Of a stretch of 64,000 bases of DNA, positions 39,692 to 49,365 are shown in pieces. Every line of letters begins with the position of its first letter. The stretch's first letter is position 1. The stretch spans positions 186,001 through 250,000 of IMG/VR virus record IMGVR_UViG_3300020477_000990. One strand, 5' to 3'. Below the pieces are notes generated by a model. It searched no databases, was not told the origin of the DNA, and worked only from the letters and a program-made list of their open reading frames with translations. Position numbers and translations under genes: made by a program.

Positions 39692-40129
39692 ATGCCAAAG
39701 TTTCAATCAGGTAATTATACGTTAAAAAATCCAACAAAATATGTTGGCCAAACAGTTCCAAGATATCGTTCTGGGTGGGAATTTTCTTTTATGAAGTTTT
39801 GTGATGAACATCCTAATATAATTGCTTGGTCCAGTGAGCCAATTAAAATACCATATCGTAATCCTTTTACTGGAAAATGGACGGTATATGTTCCAGACTT
39901 TTTAGTAACATATCTTAATAGAAGAGGTAGACGTTTTAGTGAACTAATAGAAGTTAAACCACGTGCAGAAACAATTTTTGAAGCGGCTAAAAATGCAAAA
40001 CATCGTGCCACTATTGTTCTTAATAGAGCTAAATGGAAAGCGGCAGGTGAATGGTCTAAAAGAAAAGGAATACGTTTTCGTATTTTAAATGAAGATTCTA
40101 TATATAAAATGAAGCCAAAAGGTAGATAA
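39692..40129 (+). CDS. gp4: Head completion nuclease (TnsA-like)
   Basis: 'YRSGWE..FMKFCD', 'WSSEP..IPY', 'YVPDF', 'IEVKP', 'N.AKW.AA'. Confidence 0.88.
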   Translation: MPKFQSGNYTLKNPTKYVGQTVPRYRSGWEFSFMKFCDEHPNIIAWSSEPIKIPYRNPFTGKWTVYVPDFLVTYLNRRGRRFSELIEVKPRAETIFEAAKNAKHRATIVLNRAKWKAAGEWSKRKGIRFRILNEDSIYKMKPKGR

Positions 40130-40159
40130 ATAATATACGTAGTTAATAGGTATTATAAT

Positions 40160-40777
40160 ATGACAAAAAAATTAGAAGAAGAATTCGATTTACCACCAAT
40201 GGAAGAGGTAATTAGAAAAGCCAAGGAGAAAGCTGATGAGGAAACTATCGAAAAAACAGAAAATTCGAAAGATCAAAATGGACAAGAAGAAGTTCAGCAG
40301 GAAGTTAGTGAGCAAAGCGAAGAAAAAAGCGGAGAGAGTAGCGAAGGCAATTCACAGTCAATTATAAGAGCACTCTCAACAGCAGAAAAAATTGATAGAG
40401 CATTACCACAAGTAACAGGATTAGATTCAGAAGATATTGATATGGACACTTACTCAAATGAAGCAATGAAATCATATAAAGATTTAATGGATTTAGGAAT
40501 GAATGTAGAAGTACGACATTCAGGTAAGCTATTTGAAGTAGCTTCAGCTATGCTTAAAAATGCTGTAGAAGCCAAAAACGCCAAATTAGAGAAAAAATTG
40601 CGTATGGTAGAATTACAATTAAAGAAGCAACGTATAGATCAAATGTCAGGAAATGACACAAATTCTGCAGATATTGTAGAAGGTGAAGGCTATATTGTTG
40701 GTGAAAGAAACCAATTATTAAAGCAAATTATAGACAAAGTACAAGATAATAGCAATAAAGACAAAAAGGATAAATAA
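40160..40777 (+). CDS. Terminase small subunit-like
   Basis: Helical 'R...LFEVAS.MLK..VEAK...L..ELQLKK'; next to gp4 and upstream of terminase large subunit. Confidence 0.55.
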   Translation: MTKKLEEEFDLPPMEEVIRKAKEKADEETIEKTENSKDQNGQEEVQQEVSEQSEEKSGESSEGNSQSIIRALSTAEKIDRALPQVTGLDSEDIDMDTYSNEAMKSYKDLMDLGMNVEVRHSGKLFEVASAMLKNAVEAKNAKLEKKLRMVELQLKKQRIDQMSGNDTNSADIVEGEGYIVGERNQLLKQIIDKVQDNSNKDKKDK

Positions 40778-40794
40778 AAATATAGGATATTATT

Positions 40795-41406
40795 ATGAAA
40801 ACATTTAAAGACTATCTTGCAGAAGCAGTAAAAGAGTACACGTTTAAAGTTAAAATTGCTGGTATTCTTGAAGATGAACATTTAAGCTCAATGGAAAGAG
40901 CTTTATCACGTTATAACGTAGTTAAAATGTCATCACCTAAAAAAACTATTATGCAAGAACATCCACTGGATTTTCCAACAGATGTTACAAACACAGAAGT
41001 AACAATGTTTGAAGTAACAACTTCACTTCCGGTATCATATGATACTGTAGCAAGACAAATTTCTGATCATACAGGAATACCATTTCAATCAGTTGTAGTA
41101 ACACACGAAGGTATGCCTTTAGAGCAAGAGCAAGTTAAAGAAATTGAAAAAGCAAAAGCTAAACCAGAAGATTATAAACCAGTTATGGGTCAAGCATACG
41201 ATAAAAAAGAAGAAGCTAATACTAAAAATGTAGTACATGATGAAAAATCTAAAGTAAGTTTTTTAGCTAAATTAGAAAAAGCTAAAAAAGAACGTGCAAA
41301 CGTTGAAGTAGTTACAGGCTTATCAGAAAGTAAAGAACCAGAAACATTAAGTCCGTCAACTACAATTACTACACCAACAAGTTATTTTGCAAAGGGGAAA
41401 AAATAA
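40795..41406 (+). CDS. Putative internal head protein
   Basis: N-terminus MKTFKDYLAE resembles T4 capsid-targeting sequence. Confidence 0.55.
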   Translation: MKTFKDYLAEAVKEYTFKVKIAGILEDEHLSSMERALSRYNVVKMSSPKKTIMQEHPLDFPTDVTNTEVTMFEVTTSLPVSYDTVARQISDHTGIPFQSVVVTHEGMPLEQEQVKEIEKAKAKPEDYKPVMGQAYDKKEEANTKNVVHDEKSKVSFLAKLEKAKKERANVEVVTGLSESKEPETLSPSTTITTPTSYFAKGKK

Positions 41407-41726
41407 TGTCAGATAAAATTAACGAAGATTTTGGTTTATCAAGATTATTATCATTAGCTGGTCTAAAACCAACTATTGTTGTTCTTCCAACTAAAGCAGT
41501 TGAACCAACAGATGAAGAGGTTGAAGACGAAGTTGAAACTGATGCTGAAATGAAATATTCAGATGCTAAAGTTGTAGACCCTAATGCATTTGTTCCATCT
41601 AAAAAAACTACTAGAAAACTTAAATGGGTACCTTCTAAACAAGGTGACAATCCATTAGATGAAAAAGTAATCGACGAAAAAGCTACACAACTTCAAGACG
41701 AGTACGCAAAATTTAAAGCGGAGTAA
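41406..41726 (+). CDS. Putative internal head protein
   Basis: INE site near N-terminus; 'RLLSLAGL' motif shared with scaffold C-terminus. Confidence 0.45.
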   Translation: MSDKINEDFGLSRLLSLAGLKPTIVVLPTKAVEPTDEEVEDEVETDAEMKYSDAKVVDPNAFVPSKKTTRKLKWVPSKQGDNPLDEKVIDEKATQLQDEYAKFKAE

Positions 41727-41731
41727 CTATC

Positions 41732-42100
41732 ATGGCTACTTTAGGAGCCACGATATTTCTTTTTTTACTTCTTAAGCATTGTGTAATTGATTTATACTTA
41801 CAAAGTTTAATTCATTTTAAAACTAGAAAATCTGATTATCTTTCTTTACCGGCACAGTTCCATTATTTTGAACATGGTGTTGGTACTTTTATTGTATTAA
41901 CATTTTTTATTCCATGGCCAATGGCACTATTTTTTGGAATGGTGGATCATTTATCCCATTGGCATATTGATTATTCTAAATCAGTAGCACAAAAACATTT
42001 TGGTATTGTTGCACCAGATAAAGGATATTGGTTCTTGTCGTCAATTGACCAAGCACTACATTATTTTACATATTATCTAATTGTATTATTAATTACGTAA
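41732..42100 (+). CDS. DUF3307-like membrane protein
   Basis: Hydrophobic; 'H..ID..LQ', 'H...HG', 'H.HID..K', 'DQ.LH' His pattern. Confidence 0.7.
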   Translation: MATLGATIFLFLLLKHCVIDLYLQSLIHFKTRKSDYLSLPAQFHYFEHGVGTFIVLTFFIPWPMALFFGMVDHLSHWHIDYSKSVAQKHFGIVAPDKGYWFLSSIDQALHYFTYYLIVLLIT

Positions 42101-42117
42101 TAATATTAAATAATTGT

Positions 42118-42366
42118 ATGCTTATTCGTGATCTAAGAATAACAACTATTAAAGTTTATTATTGGATGCCAGATTATATAAACATCCTACAATTATTCAT
42201 GTGGCAATTTGATGACTTGCCACCACGTTTTCCAAAAGCACATAAGTTTTTAAATCATTGGCATAAAAATATAGATGCAATTATTAAAGACATTTATTTA
42301 GGCCATTCCGGAAAATATAGACAAGTAGAATTTAATCCTATTGATGATATTTTTAATCTTCATTAA
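42118..42366 (+). CDS. usg: Usg-family protein
   Basis: 'TT..V.Y.MPD...LQ.F.WQ..D..P.FP....FL..W...I' Usg pattern; TAAATA-5-ATG at 42107. Confidence 0.75.
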   Translation: MLIRDLRITTIKVYYWMPDYINILQLFMWQFDDLPPRFPKAHKFLNHWHKNIDAIIKDIYLGHSGKYRQVEFNPIDDIFNLH

Positions 42367-42395
42367 GTACGCATATAATTCTGATAAATATAATT

Positions 42396-43991
42396 ATGTC
42401 AAGAAGTAAAGTATTAGAAGGCAATTTAATTAAAAAAGCATACGCCAAAACAAAGTATACAGCAAAGCAAATAAGAGAATTAAAAAGTTGTGCTGATTCT
42501 GAAAACGGTTATATGTATTGGATGAAAAAGTATATGTGGATACAACATCCAACAAAAGGTCGTATGAAATTTAAACCATATAAGTTTCAAGAAGAATTAT
42601 TAGAAGCATACAATGGTTATAGATTTAGTATTGCCATGTGTGCAAGGCAAACAGGTAAAACAACCTGTGCGGCCGGATATTTATTATGGTATGCAATGTT
42701 TCATCCTGATACTTTAATTTTAATTGCGGCACACAAATATCAAGGTGCCCAAGATATTATGCAACGTGTTAGATTTGCATATGAAGAATGTCCGGATTAT
42801 ATTAGATGTGGGGTTACAAGTTATAATAAAGGATCAATGGATTTTGATAATGGATCAAGAATTATAGCACAAACAACTACAGAAACAACAGGACGTGGTA
42901 TGTCTATTTCAATGATATACATGGATGAGTTTGCGTTTGTTGAACCACAAAATAAAGCAAGAGAATTTTGGACTTCTTTATCTCCAACTTTGTCAACAGG
43001 TGGTAAATGTGTAATTACATCTACACCAAATAATGATGATGATTTGTTTGCTCAACTTTGGCGTGGTGCAAATAAATTGCAAGATGAATATGGTAATCCT
43101 GCTGAAGTAGGGCTTAATGGTTTTAAGCCAACATTTGTTCATTGGAGCCAACATCCTGAACGTGATGAAGATTGGGCTAAAGAAGAAAGACAACGTATTG
43201 GTGAAGAAAGATTTAGACGTGAGCATGAATGTGAGTTTATTGCATTTGATGAAACATTAATTGATGGATTAAAATTAATTACATTACAAGGAACGCAACC
43301 ACAAGTTAAACATGGACAAGTTCGTTGGTATGATAAAGTTAAAAAAGGTAGTAGTTATGTTATTGGACTAGATCCTTGTTTAGGAACGGGCGGTGATTAT
43401 GCCGCAATACAAGTTTTTAGTTTACCAGATTTTAAACAAGTTGCAGAATGGCAACACAATAAAACACCAATACAAGGACAAGTAAGAATAATGCATAGTA
43501 TATTAAAAGAAATAGATGCAAAATTACGTGAGCTAGGTACACCACAACCTGAAATATATTGGACAGTAGAAAATAATACATTAGGTGAAGCGGCAATTGT
43601 TACTATTGATGAAATGGGAGAAGATAAATTTCCAGGATACTTTTTACACGAACCACGTAAAGGTGGACAGCAAAGAAGAGTACGTAAAGGATATAATACT
43701 ACTCATAAATCAAAAGTTACTGCTTGTTCAAAACTTAAAGCATGGATAGAAACAGATAAAATTACAGTATATTCAAAACCATTAATACGAGAATTAAAAG
43801 TTTATGTTGCTAGAGGAAATAGTTTTCAAGCCAAGTCTGGTGAAAATGATGATTTAGTAGCCGCATTATTATTAGTAATTCGAATGACAGACTTTTTAAC
43901 AAAGTATGATGCTACAATGGAAGAGTCTTTAGGAGCCACACTTGAAGACGATGATGAATATAGAGATCCACCTCCAATAATGATTGGATAG
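42396..43991 (+). CDS. gp17: Terminase large subunit
   Basis: Walker A ARQTGKTT, Walker B YMDEFAF, 'ITSTPN', nuclease 'GLDP..G.G.DY', 'DDLV'; TAAATA-5-ATG at 42385. Confidence 0.96.
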   Translation: MSRSKVLEGNLIKKAYAKTKYTAKQIRELKSCADSENGYMYWMKKYMWIQHPTKGRMKFKPYKFQEELLEAYNGYRFSIAMCARQTGKTTCAAGYLLWYAMFHPDTLILIAAHKYQGAQDIMQRVRFAYEECPDYIRCGVTSYNKGSMDFDNGSRIIAQTTTETTGRGMSISMIYMDEFAFVEPQNKAREFWTSLSPTLSTGGKCVITSTPNNDDDLFAQLWRGANKLQDEYGNPAEVGLNGFKPTFVHWSQHPERDEDWAKEERQRIGEERFRREHECEFIAFDETLIDGLKLITLQGTQPQVKHGQVRWYDKVKKGSSYVIGLDPCLGTGGDYAAIQVFSLPDFKQVAEWQHNKTPIQGQVRIMHSILKEIDAKLRELGTPQPEIYWTVENNTLGEAAIVTIDEMGEDKFPGYFLHEPRKGGQQRRVRKGYNTTHKSKVTACSKLKAWIETDKITVYSKPLIRELKVYVARGNSFQAKSGENDDLVAALLLVIRMTDFLTKYDATMEESLGATLEDDDEYRDPPPIMIG

Positions 43992-44602
43992 TGATGTTTA
44001 ATTTAGATACAATAAAAAATACAAAAATAGATACGTATCCATGGGAGCATATTATAATTAAAAATTATATTAATAGTGATATAGCAATTAATCTTAGTAA
44101 AGAATTACAAGAAATATATAATTGGAAGTATGATACACATCCAGATATGAAAGGATGTGTGCAAGTTGCAGTTAATACAGAAAATTTTGAACATTTTAAT
44201 AGTAAAAATTTTTGTGAAGTTATAGTAGAAAAATTTGGTCATAAATTACCAAATAATTATCTATCAACACAAACTAATACTTGGCATACACAAGGAGCAA
44301 CTTTACCAGCTCATACAGATATGCATTGTCTTCCAAATACTAATGAAAAAATGAATACTAATTATACAAATTGTTTAACTTGGCAATTATATCTTCCAGA
44401 TACGGATAAATTTCCAAATAGTGGAGTTTGGTTGCATGGCGATTGGAATGATAGTGAAAATTCAAGGCAAAAAATAAAGCAAATTCCATGCTATCCAGGA
44501 ACATTTTTTGCATATATTAATACTAAAAAAAGCTACCATTCTGTACCAGAACAAATTGACAATTTTAATAGGGTAAGTCATATGGGTAGGATATATTGGT
44601 AG
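43991..44602 (+). CDS. 2OG-Fe(II) oxygenase
   Basis: HxD (AHTD), distal 'SYHSV', 'R.S' co-substrate motif. Confidence 0.75.
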   Translation: MMFNLDTIKNTKIDTYPWEHIIIKNYINSDIAINLSKELQEIYNWKYDTHPDMKGCVQVAVNTENFEHFNSKNFCEVIVEKFGHKLPNNYLSTQTNTWHTQGATLPAHTDMHCLPNTNEKMNTNYTNCLTWQLYLPDTDKFPNSGVWLHGDWNDSENSRQKIKQIPCYPGTFFAYINTKKSYHSVPEQIDNFNRVSHMGRIYW

Positions 44603-44620
44603 TAAAGGATAAATATTAGT

Positions 44621-46807
44621 ATGGCAGTTAATTATAGTACAGTTTCTGATAAAGTTTTTAAAGTTATTAAAGGTAGTGGGCATGAAGTAAAGATGTATGA
44701 CTCAACTACTGGTGATGAAACAGTTGATCCATCAAAATCACGTTATTTTTACGTAAAAAATCCAAATTTTATGGTTAATATTGATGAAGAAACTGGAGAA
44801 ATTAAGTTCCACGAAGGGTCAAATGATAATGTGGCTACTAATTTAAAAAGTATTATAAATAACATAAAGCATTTAGCAAAAGGTTATATGCTTGATTTTG
44901 ACCATAGGCAATTTGGTAAAGAATTAAAACCAAAGAATTATGCTTGGAGAGTTGAGCAAAATAAAGGTACACAAATGGCAGACGTTACAACAGAAGGTTA
45001 TACACCGTTACAAGGATCAACAAAAACAAGTGAACAAAAACTTGAAGGTGTTAAAGTTATTGTAAGACACAATAAAGCAGTTGACGAAACTAGCAGAGGT
45101 GCTAGATCAAGAAATATACAAGGTATATTTGTTGAAACATCAGAAGGTGAAAGATTTAAATATCCGCACATTCATTTAAATGGTGCTAGAGCAATGGCAC
45201 GTCACGTACACGCAGGTGGTAAACCACATGATGAAGTAGGTGAAGCAATTGTTGAATTATCAGACACATTAGCAAAATTAAAAGAAGTTACAAAATACGC
45301 AAGACGTTTTAGCCAAGTACAAGAACAAGCGGCAGATATTTTACCATTAGTAGATAGCAAAATTGCTAGTGTTAAAAATCAAATTCATAAATTAACAACT
45401 GCAAGTGGATACACTTCATTTGTTGAAGGATATAAAAAAGCAGAATCAAAAGAACATAGTATTGAATCATTAGAAGATTTAAAAACTAAATTTACTGTTA
45501 CAAAATTTGATGAAAAAATTGGAGAGGTTCTTCCATTATTACAATCAATAATGGATGAAGCAAAAGCAGAACAAGACAATTCTACAGAAGCAATGATGCA
45601 ACGAATTGCACAAAAATTAAAAACTGGCGAACCAGTTGAATTAATGGCACCAGCCAAGGACGAGTACGCGATCGATAAAGTGGGGAGCTTTAAAGATAAT
45701 GCGAGTGCAATTTCATATAAATTAGCAGACATGGCAGGTAAAATTAAAGATGATGAAATGAGTGTATTCCTTTCAAGACTTTCAGATAAAGTTGGTCATA
45801 TGCATAGAAGTAAATATGAACCACAACCAACAAGACAAGAAATGGAATTAGCAAAACAAATAGTTTCTTTGTCTAAAATGAAAGATGTAACACCAAATGA
45901 AGATTTAGTTCCAGACACAGTTAAAGAGTTAGAAGAGTCAGTAGAAGACTTTGGTACAGATGCTTCATTTATAGAAGCAGACCCGGCAGTAAAAAGAGAT
46001 GATACTGTAGATAGAGCTGTTAAAAATGTTATGTCATATGTTGGTAAAGATGTTAATCCAAAAATGAGTTACCATAATTGGTTAAAAAAAGTTAAAGGTA
46101 TCGAAAGAGGTGCTAGAGGAATTAGTGGTAATCAACACGCAGAATTTTCAAAAGAGTTTAGAGCATATAAAGGTGAATCAGCTAATGAAGATGGAATAAC
46201 TCAAGCTGATTTAGATTCAGAAAGATTTGCTGAATTGCATGATTATGAAGAATATAAAGATGCAGTATTAGATGATATTAAAACAAATCCGCATTATGCA
46301 AAAATGTCAAGAGAACAAGTTATTGCAGATTTAAGAAAAGAAGCTGATAGTATTGGATATGCTGATGTTTCAGATGGTGATAGACGTCCAGAAGAACCAA
46401 CTTGGTTAACTAAAATTGCAGATGAGTTAGAAAGTGAACGACAAGAACCATCATTAAATGATCTAGTAAAACAAGATGCAGAATCAAAAGATGAAGATAC
46501 TACAGAAGCAAGTGGATATGAAGGACAAAATGAAGCACACGCACATCAAGTTTCATTTGATGGTGATTGGGATCAAGACAGAGGTATAAGTGATAAGGAT
46601 TGTAAAGAAGTTGAATTTGCACTTGCTAAAGTTGGAATTAAATCACAATGTGAACCAGATGAAATGAGACAAGGTGGAGTAATTATCCACACTATGGCTG
46701 ATAGAGATGCTACAGTTGATGCTTTAGATAAAGCAGGAATGAATTTAGACGAAACTTCTGAAGAATCAGAAGAAGTAAATAGAATCAAAGACCTAGCTGG
46801 TCTTTAA
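44621..46807 (+). CDS. Large putative internal/core virion protein
   Basis: TAAATA-5-ATG at 44610; multiple xxE-[ASG] sites; C-terminal RIKDLAGL. Confidence 0.6.
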   Translation: MAVNYSTVSDKVFKVIKGSGHEVKMYDSTTGDETVDPSKSRYFYVKNPNFMVNIDEETGEIKFHEGSNDNVATNLKSIINNIKHLAKGYMLDFDHRQFGKELKPKNYAWRVEQNKGTQMADVTTEGYTPLQGSTKTSEQKLEGVKVIVRHNKAVDETSRGARSRNIQGIFVETSEGERFKYPHIHLNGARAMARHVHAGGKPHDEVGEAIVELSDTLAKLKEVTKYARRFSQVQEQAADILPLVDSKIASVKNQIHKLTTASGYTSFVEGYKKAESKEHSIESLEDLKTKFTVTKFDEKIGEVLPLLQSIMDEAKAEQDNSTEAMMQRIAQKLKTGEPVELMAPAKDEYAIDKVGSFKDNASAISYKLADMAGKIKDDEMSVFLSRLSDKVGHMHRSKYEPQPTRQEMELAKQIVSLSKMKDVTPNEDLVPDTVKELEESVEDFGTDASFIEADPAVKRDDTVDRAVKNVMSYVGKDVNPKMSYHNWLKKVKGIERGARGISGNQHAEFSKEFRAYKGESANEDGITQADLDSERFAELHDYEEYKDAVLDDIKTNPHYAKMSREQVIADLRKEADSIGYADVSDGDRRPEEPTWLTKIADELESERQEPSLNDLVKQDAESKDEDTTEASGYEGQNEAHAHQVSFDGDWDQDRGISDKDCKEVEFALAKVGIKSQCEPDEMRQGGVIIHTMADRDATVDALDKAGMNLDETSEESEEVNRIKDLAGL

Positions 46808-46820
46808 GAATCCTCCCAGG

Positions 46821-46860
46821 AAAAAAAGGACCTAAGGCCTAAAAGCTATGGTTCTTTTTT
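46821..46860 (+). terminator. Probable (imperfect) terminator
   Basis: A-tract, GGACC..GGC-loop-GCT..GGTTC, T-tract. Confidence 0.55.
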
Positions 46861-46874
46861 TATGAAAAAAATAC

Positions 46875-46903
46875 TTGACAAATTGAAAAATAATAAATAT
46901 ACT
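46875..46903 (+). promoter_or_regulatory. Overlapping early and late promoters for gp32
   Basis: TTGACA-17-TATACT with TAAATA embedded at 46894-46899. Confidence 0.8.
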
Positions 46904-46936
46904 AGTAGATAATGTTTATAGAAACATTATTTACAG

Positions 46937-46990
46937 AGGCTAACATAGGCAATTATAGGCTAATATTTACAAAAGGAGGCAATTATGGCT
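46937..46990 (+). repeat. 10-nt phased AGGC(T/A)A repeats in gp32 leader
   Basis: AGGC at 46937, 46947, 46957, 46977 (last inside the SD). Confidence 0.8.
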
Positions 46991-48004
46991 ACATTGGCAC
47001 AAATTAGAGCAAAGCTTCAAGAACAAGAAGTAAAACGTTCACCGAACGCCACAGGAGGCGACAACGCAATTTATCCGTTCTGGAATATTCCTGAAGGTAC
47101 AACAGCAACATTAAGATTTCTAGCAGACAAAGATCAGAATAATACTTTTTTCTGGGTAGAAAGACAAATGATTAAATTACCATTTGCTGGAATTAAAGGA
47201 CAATCAGAAGCAAAACCAACTTTGGTACAAGTTCCTTGTATGGAGATGTGGGGAGAACCATGTCCAGTATTAAGTGAAATTAGACCATGGTTTAAAGATC
47301 CACAATTGGAAGATATGGGTAGAAAATATTGGAAGAAAAGAAGTTATATATTCCAAGGTTTTGTTGTAAATTCTCCACTTGATGAAGATACAACACCAGA
47401 AAATCCGATTAGACGTTTTGTAATTAATCCGTCAATCTTTAATATTATTAGATCAGCATTGATGAATCCAGAAATGGAAGATCTTCCAACTGATTTAGAT
47501 AAAGGTAGAGAGTTTAAATTAACTAAAACTCAAAAAGGTGGGTATGCTGACTATTCAACATCATCTTGGTCTTTCAAAGAAAGAGCATTGCAAGATAGCG
47601 AACGTCAAGCAATTAACACTAATGGGTTATATACTCTTAGTGATTATCTTCCTAAGAAACCTTCTTCAGAAGATGTTAAAATTATCGCAGAAATGTTTAA
47701 AGCATCTGTTGATGGTGAGTTGTATGATGAAAGCAGATTTGGTCAATATTACAGACCAGCTGGAATGGCATCAACACCTAAAACTGTACAAGCAACTACA
47801 ACAACTACAACTGCACCAGCGGCACCAGTTGTTGAAACTGCAACAGCACCAGCACCAGTAACACCGGTTCAAACTGCACCAGCACCAGCGGCACAGCCAG
47901 AAGTGGCTACTGCAACTGCAACTGCAAGTGCACCAGCATCGGATGGTTCTAAAGCATCAGCTGAAGATATTTTAGCAATGATTAGATCAAGGCAAAACAA
48001 ATAA
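46985..48004 (+). CDS. gp32: Single-stranded DNA-binding protein
   Basis: 'LRFL.D', 'C...WGE.CP', 'YWKK.SY', 'GY.DYS.S.W'; long A/T/P linker. Confidence 0.9.
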   Translation: MATLAQIRAKLQEQEVKRSPNATGGDNAIYPFWNIPEGTTATLRFLADKDQNNTFFWVERQMIKLPFAGIKGQSEAKPTLVQVPCMEMWGEPCPVLSEIRPWFKDPQLEDMGRKYWKKRSYIFQGFVVNSPLDEDTTPENPIRRFVINPSIFNIIRSALMNPEMEDLPTDLDKGREFKLTKTQKGGYADYSTSSWSFKERALQDSERQAINTNGLYTLSDYLPKKPSSEDVKIIAEMFKASVDGELYDESRFGQYYRPAGMASTPKTVQATTTTTTAPAAPVVETATAPAPVTPVQTAPAPAAQPEVATATATASAPASDGSKASAEDILAMIRSRQNK

Positions 48005-48014
48005 ATCAAAATTG

Positions 48015-48042
48015 TATAGTGCATAGGCAACTATGCACTATA
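48015..48042 (+). other. Perfect 12-bp GNRA-capped hairpin between gp32 and uvsX
   Basis: TATAGTGCATAG-GCAA-CTATGCACTATA; no U-tract. Confidence 0.85.
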
Positions 48043-48058
48043 TTAAAAGGAGAAATTT

Positions 48059-49120
48059 ATGGTAAGACCATTTGACGTTAGTAAGTTTAGAAAATCGATA
48101 ACAAAAAGCATTGGTGGTATTTCTGTTGGCTTTGATTCTGATCCAGTAGATTGGATAGATACAGGAAACTACACTTTAAATTATTTAATTAGCGGAGATT
48201 TTCAAAAAGGTATTCCGCTAGGTAGAGTAACAATGTTAGCAGGTGAATCAGGATCTGGTAAGAGTTTGATTGCATCTGGTAATATTATAGCTAATGCACA
48301 GAAGCAAGGAATATTTTGTATTCTTTTTGATTCTGAAAATGCATTAGATGAAAAATGGCTACAAGCATTAAACGTTGATACAGCAAAAGATAAATTAATG
48401 CGTATTAATGTTGCAATGATTGATGATGTAGCAAAAACAATATCAGATTTTGTAACAACATATAGAGCAGACTATGGATCTTTAGATATAAGTGAAAGAC
48501 CAAAAGTTATGTTTGTTATAGATTCGTTAGGTATGTTGTTAACACCAACAGATAGAGACCAATTTGATAAAGGTGATTTAAAAGGTGATATGGGTAGAAA
48601 ACCTAAAGCACTTACGGCACTTATTAGAAATTGTGTTAATATGTTTGCAGAATTAAACATTGGATTAGTAGCAACAAATCATACATACGCATCGCAAGAT
48701 ATGTTTGATCCAGATGACAAAATATCTGGAGGACAAGGATTTGTATATGCAAGTTCAATTGTAATAGCGATGAAAAAATTAAAACTTAAAGAAGATGAAG
48801 CAGGTAACAAGATATCGAGTGTTACTGGAATTAGATCGGCGGTTAAAGTAATGAAAACTAGATTTTCAAAACCTTTTGAATCTGTGCAAGTTAAAATTCC
48901 ATATGAATCAGGAATGGATCCATATTCAGGATTAGTTGATTTATGTGAGAAAAAAGGTTTACTTGTTAAAGATGGAAATAGATTAAGGTATGTAGATCGT
49001 TTAGGCAAAGAGCATAAGCACTATAGAAAAGATTGGACTGGAGACAACCTAGCAATGGTTATGGCCGAGTGGGATTCTAAAGTAGTAGAATCAGAGGAAC
49101 CTGCTGAAGCGGAGGCATAA
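48059..49120 (+). CDS. uvsX: RecA-like recombinase
   Basis: Walker A GESGSGKS, 'DSENA', 'VIDSLG', 'ATNHTY', 'SGG.G..Y'. Confidence 0.93.
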   Translation: MVRPFDVSKFRKSITKSIGGISVGFDSDPVDWIDTGNYTLNYLISGDFQKGIPLGRVTMLAGESGSGKSLIASGNIIANAQKQGIFCILFDSENALDEKWLQALNVDTAKDKLMRINVAMIDDVAKTISDFVTTYRADYGSLDISERPKVMFVIDSLGMLLTPTDRDQFDKGDLKGDMGRKPKALTALIRNCVNMFAELNIGLVATNHTYASQDMFDPDDKISGGQGFVYASSIVIAMKKLKLKEDEAGNKISSVTGIRSAVKVMKTRFSKPFESVQVKIPYESGMDPYSGLVDLCEKKGLLVKDGNRLRYVDRLGKEHKHYRKDWTGDNLAMVMAEWDSKVVESEEPAEAEA

Positions 49121-49365
49121 TGACTGAAGAAATTCAAGTGTTAATCGAAGCATGGGGAAAACTAAAAAGTTATATTCCTGCAAAAGATAGACTTGATGCG
49201 GCAATATCGTATGTTAATATAATTGACGAATACGGTGCAGATGAGCAAGATTGGAGAGAAGTTTTTTCATCGTCAACTCATTTACATGATGCATACAAAG
49301 AAGTCTTTGGTGAAATGGAAGATGATAACCCATTCCATGAAGATGAAAGCGAAGAGGATTATTAA
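49120..49365 (+). CDS. Hypothetical acidic protein
   Basis: 81 aa, coupled between uvsX and uvsY. Confidence 0.65.
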   Translation: MTEEIQVLIEAWGKLKSYIPAKDRLDAAISYVNIIDEYGADEQDWREVFSSSTHLHDAYKEVFGEMEDDNPFHEDESEEDY

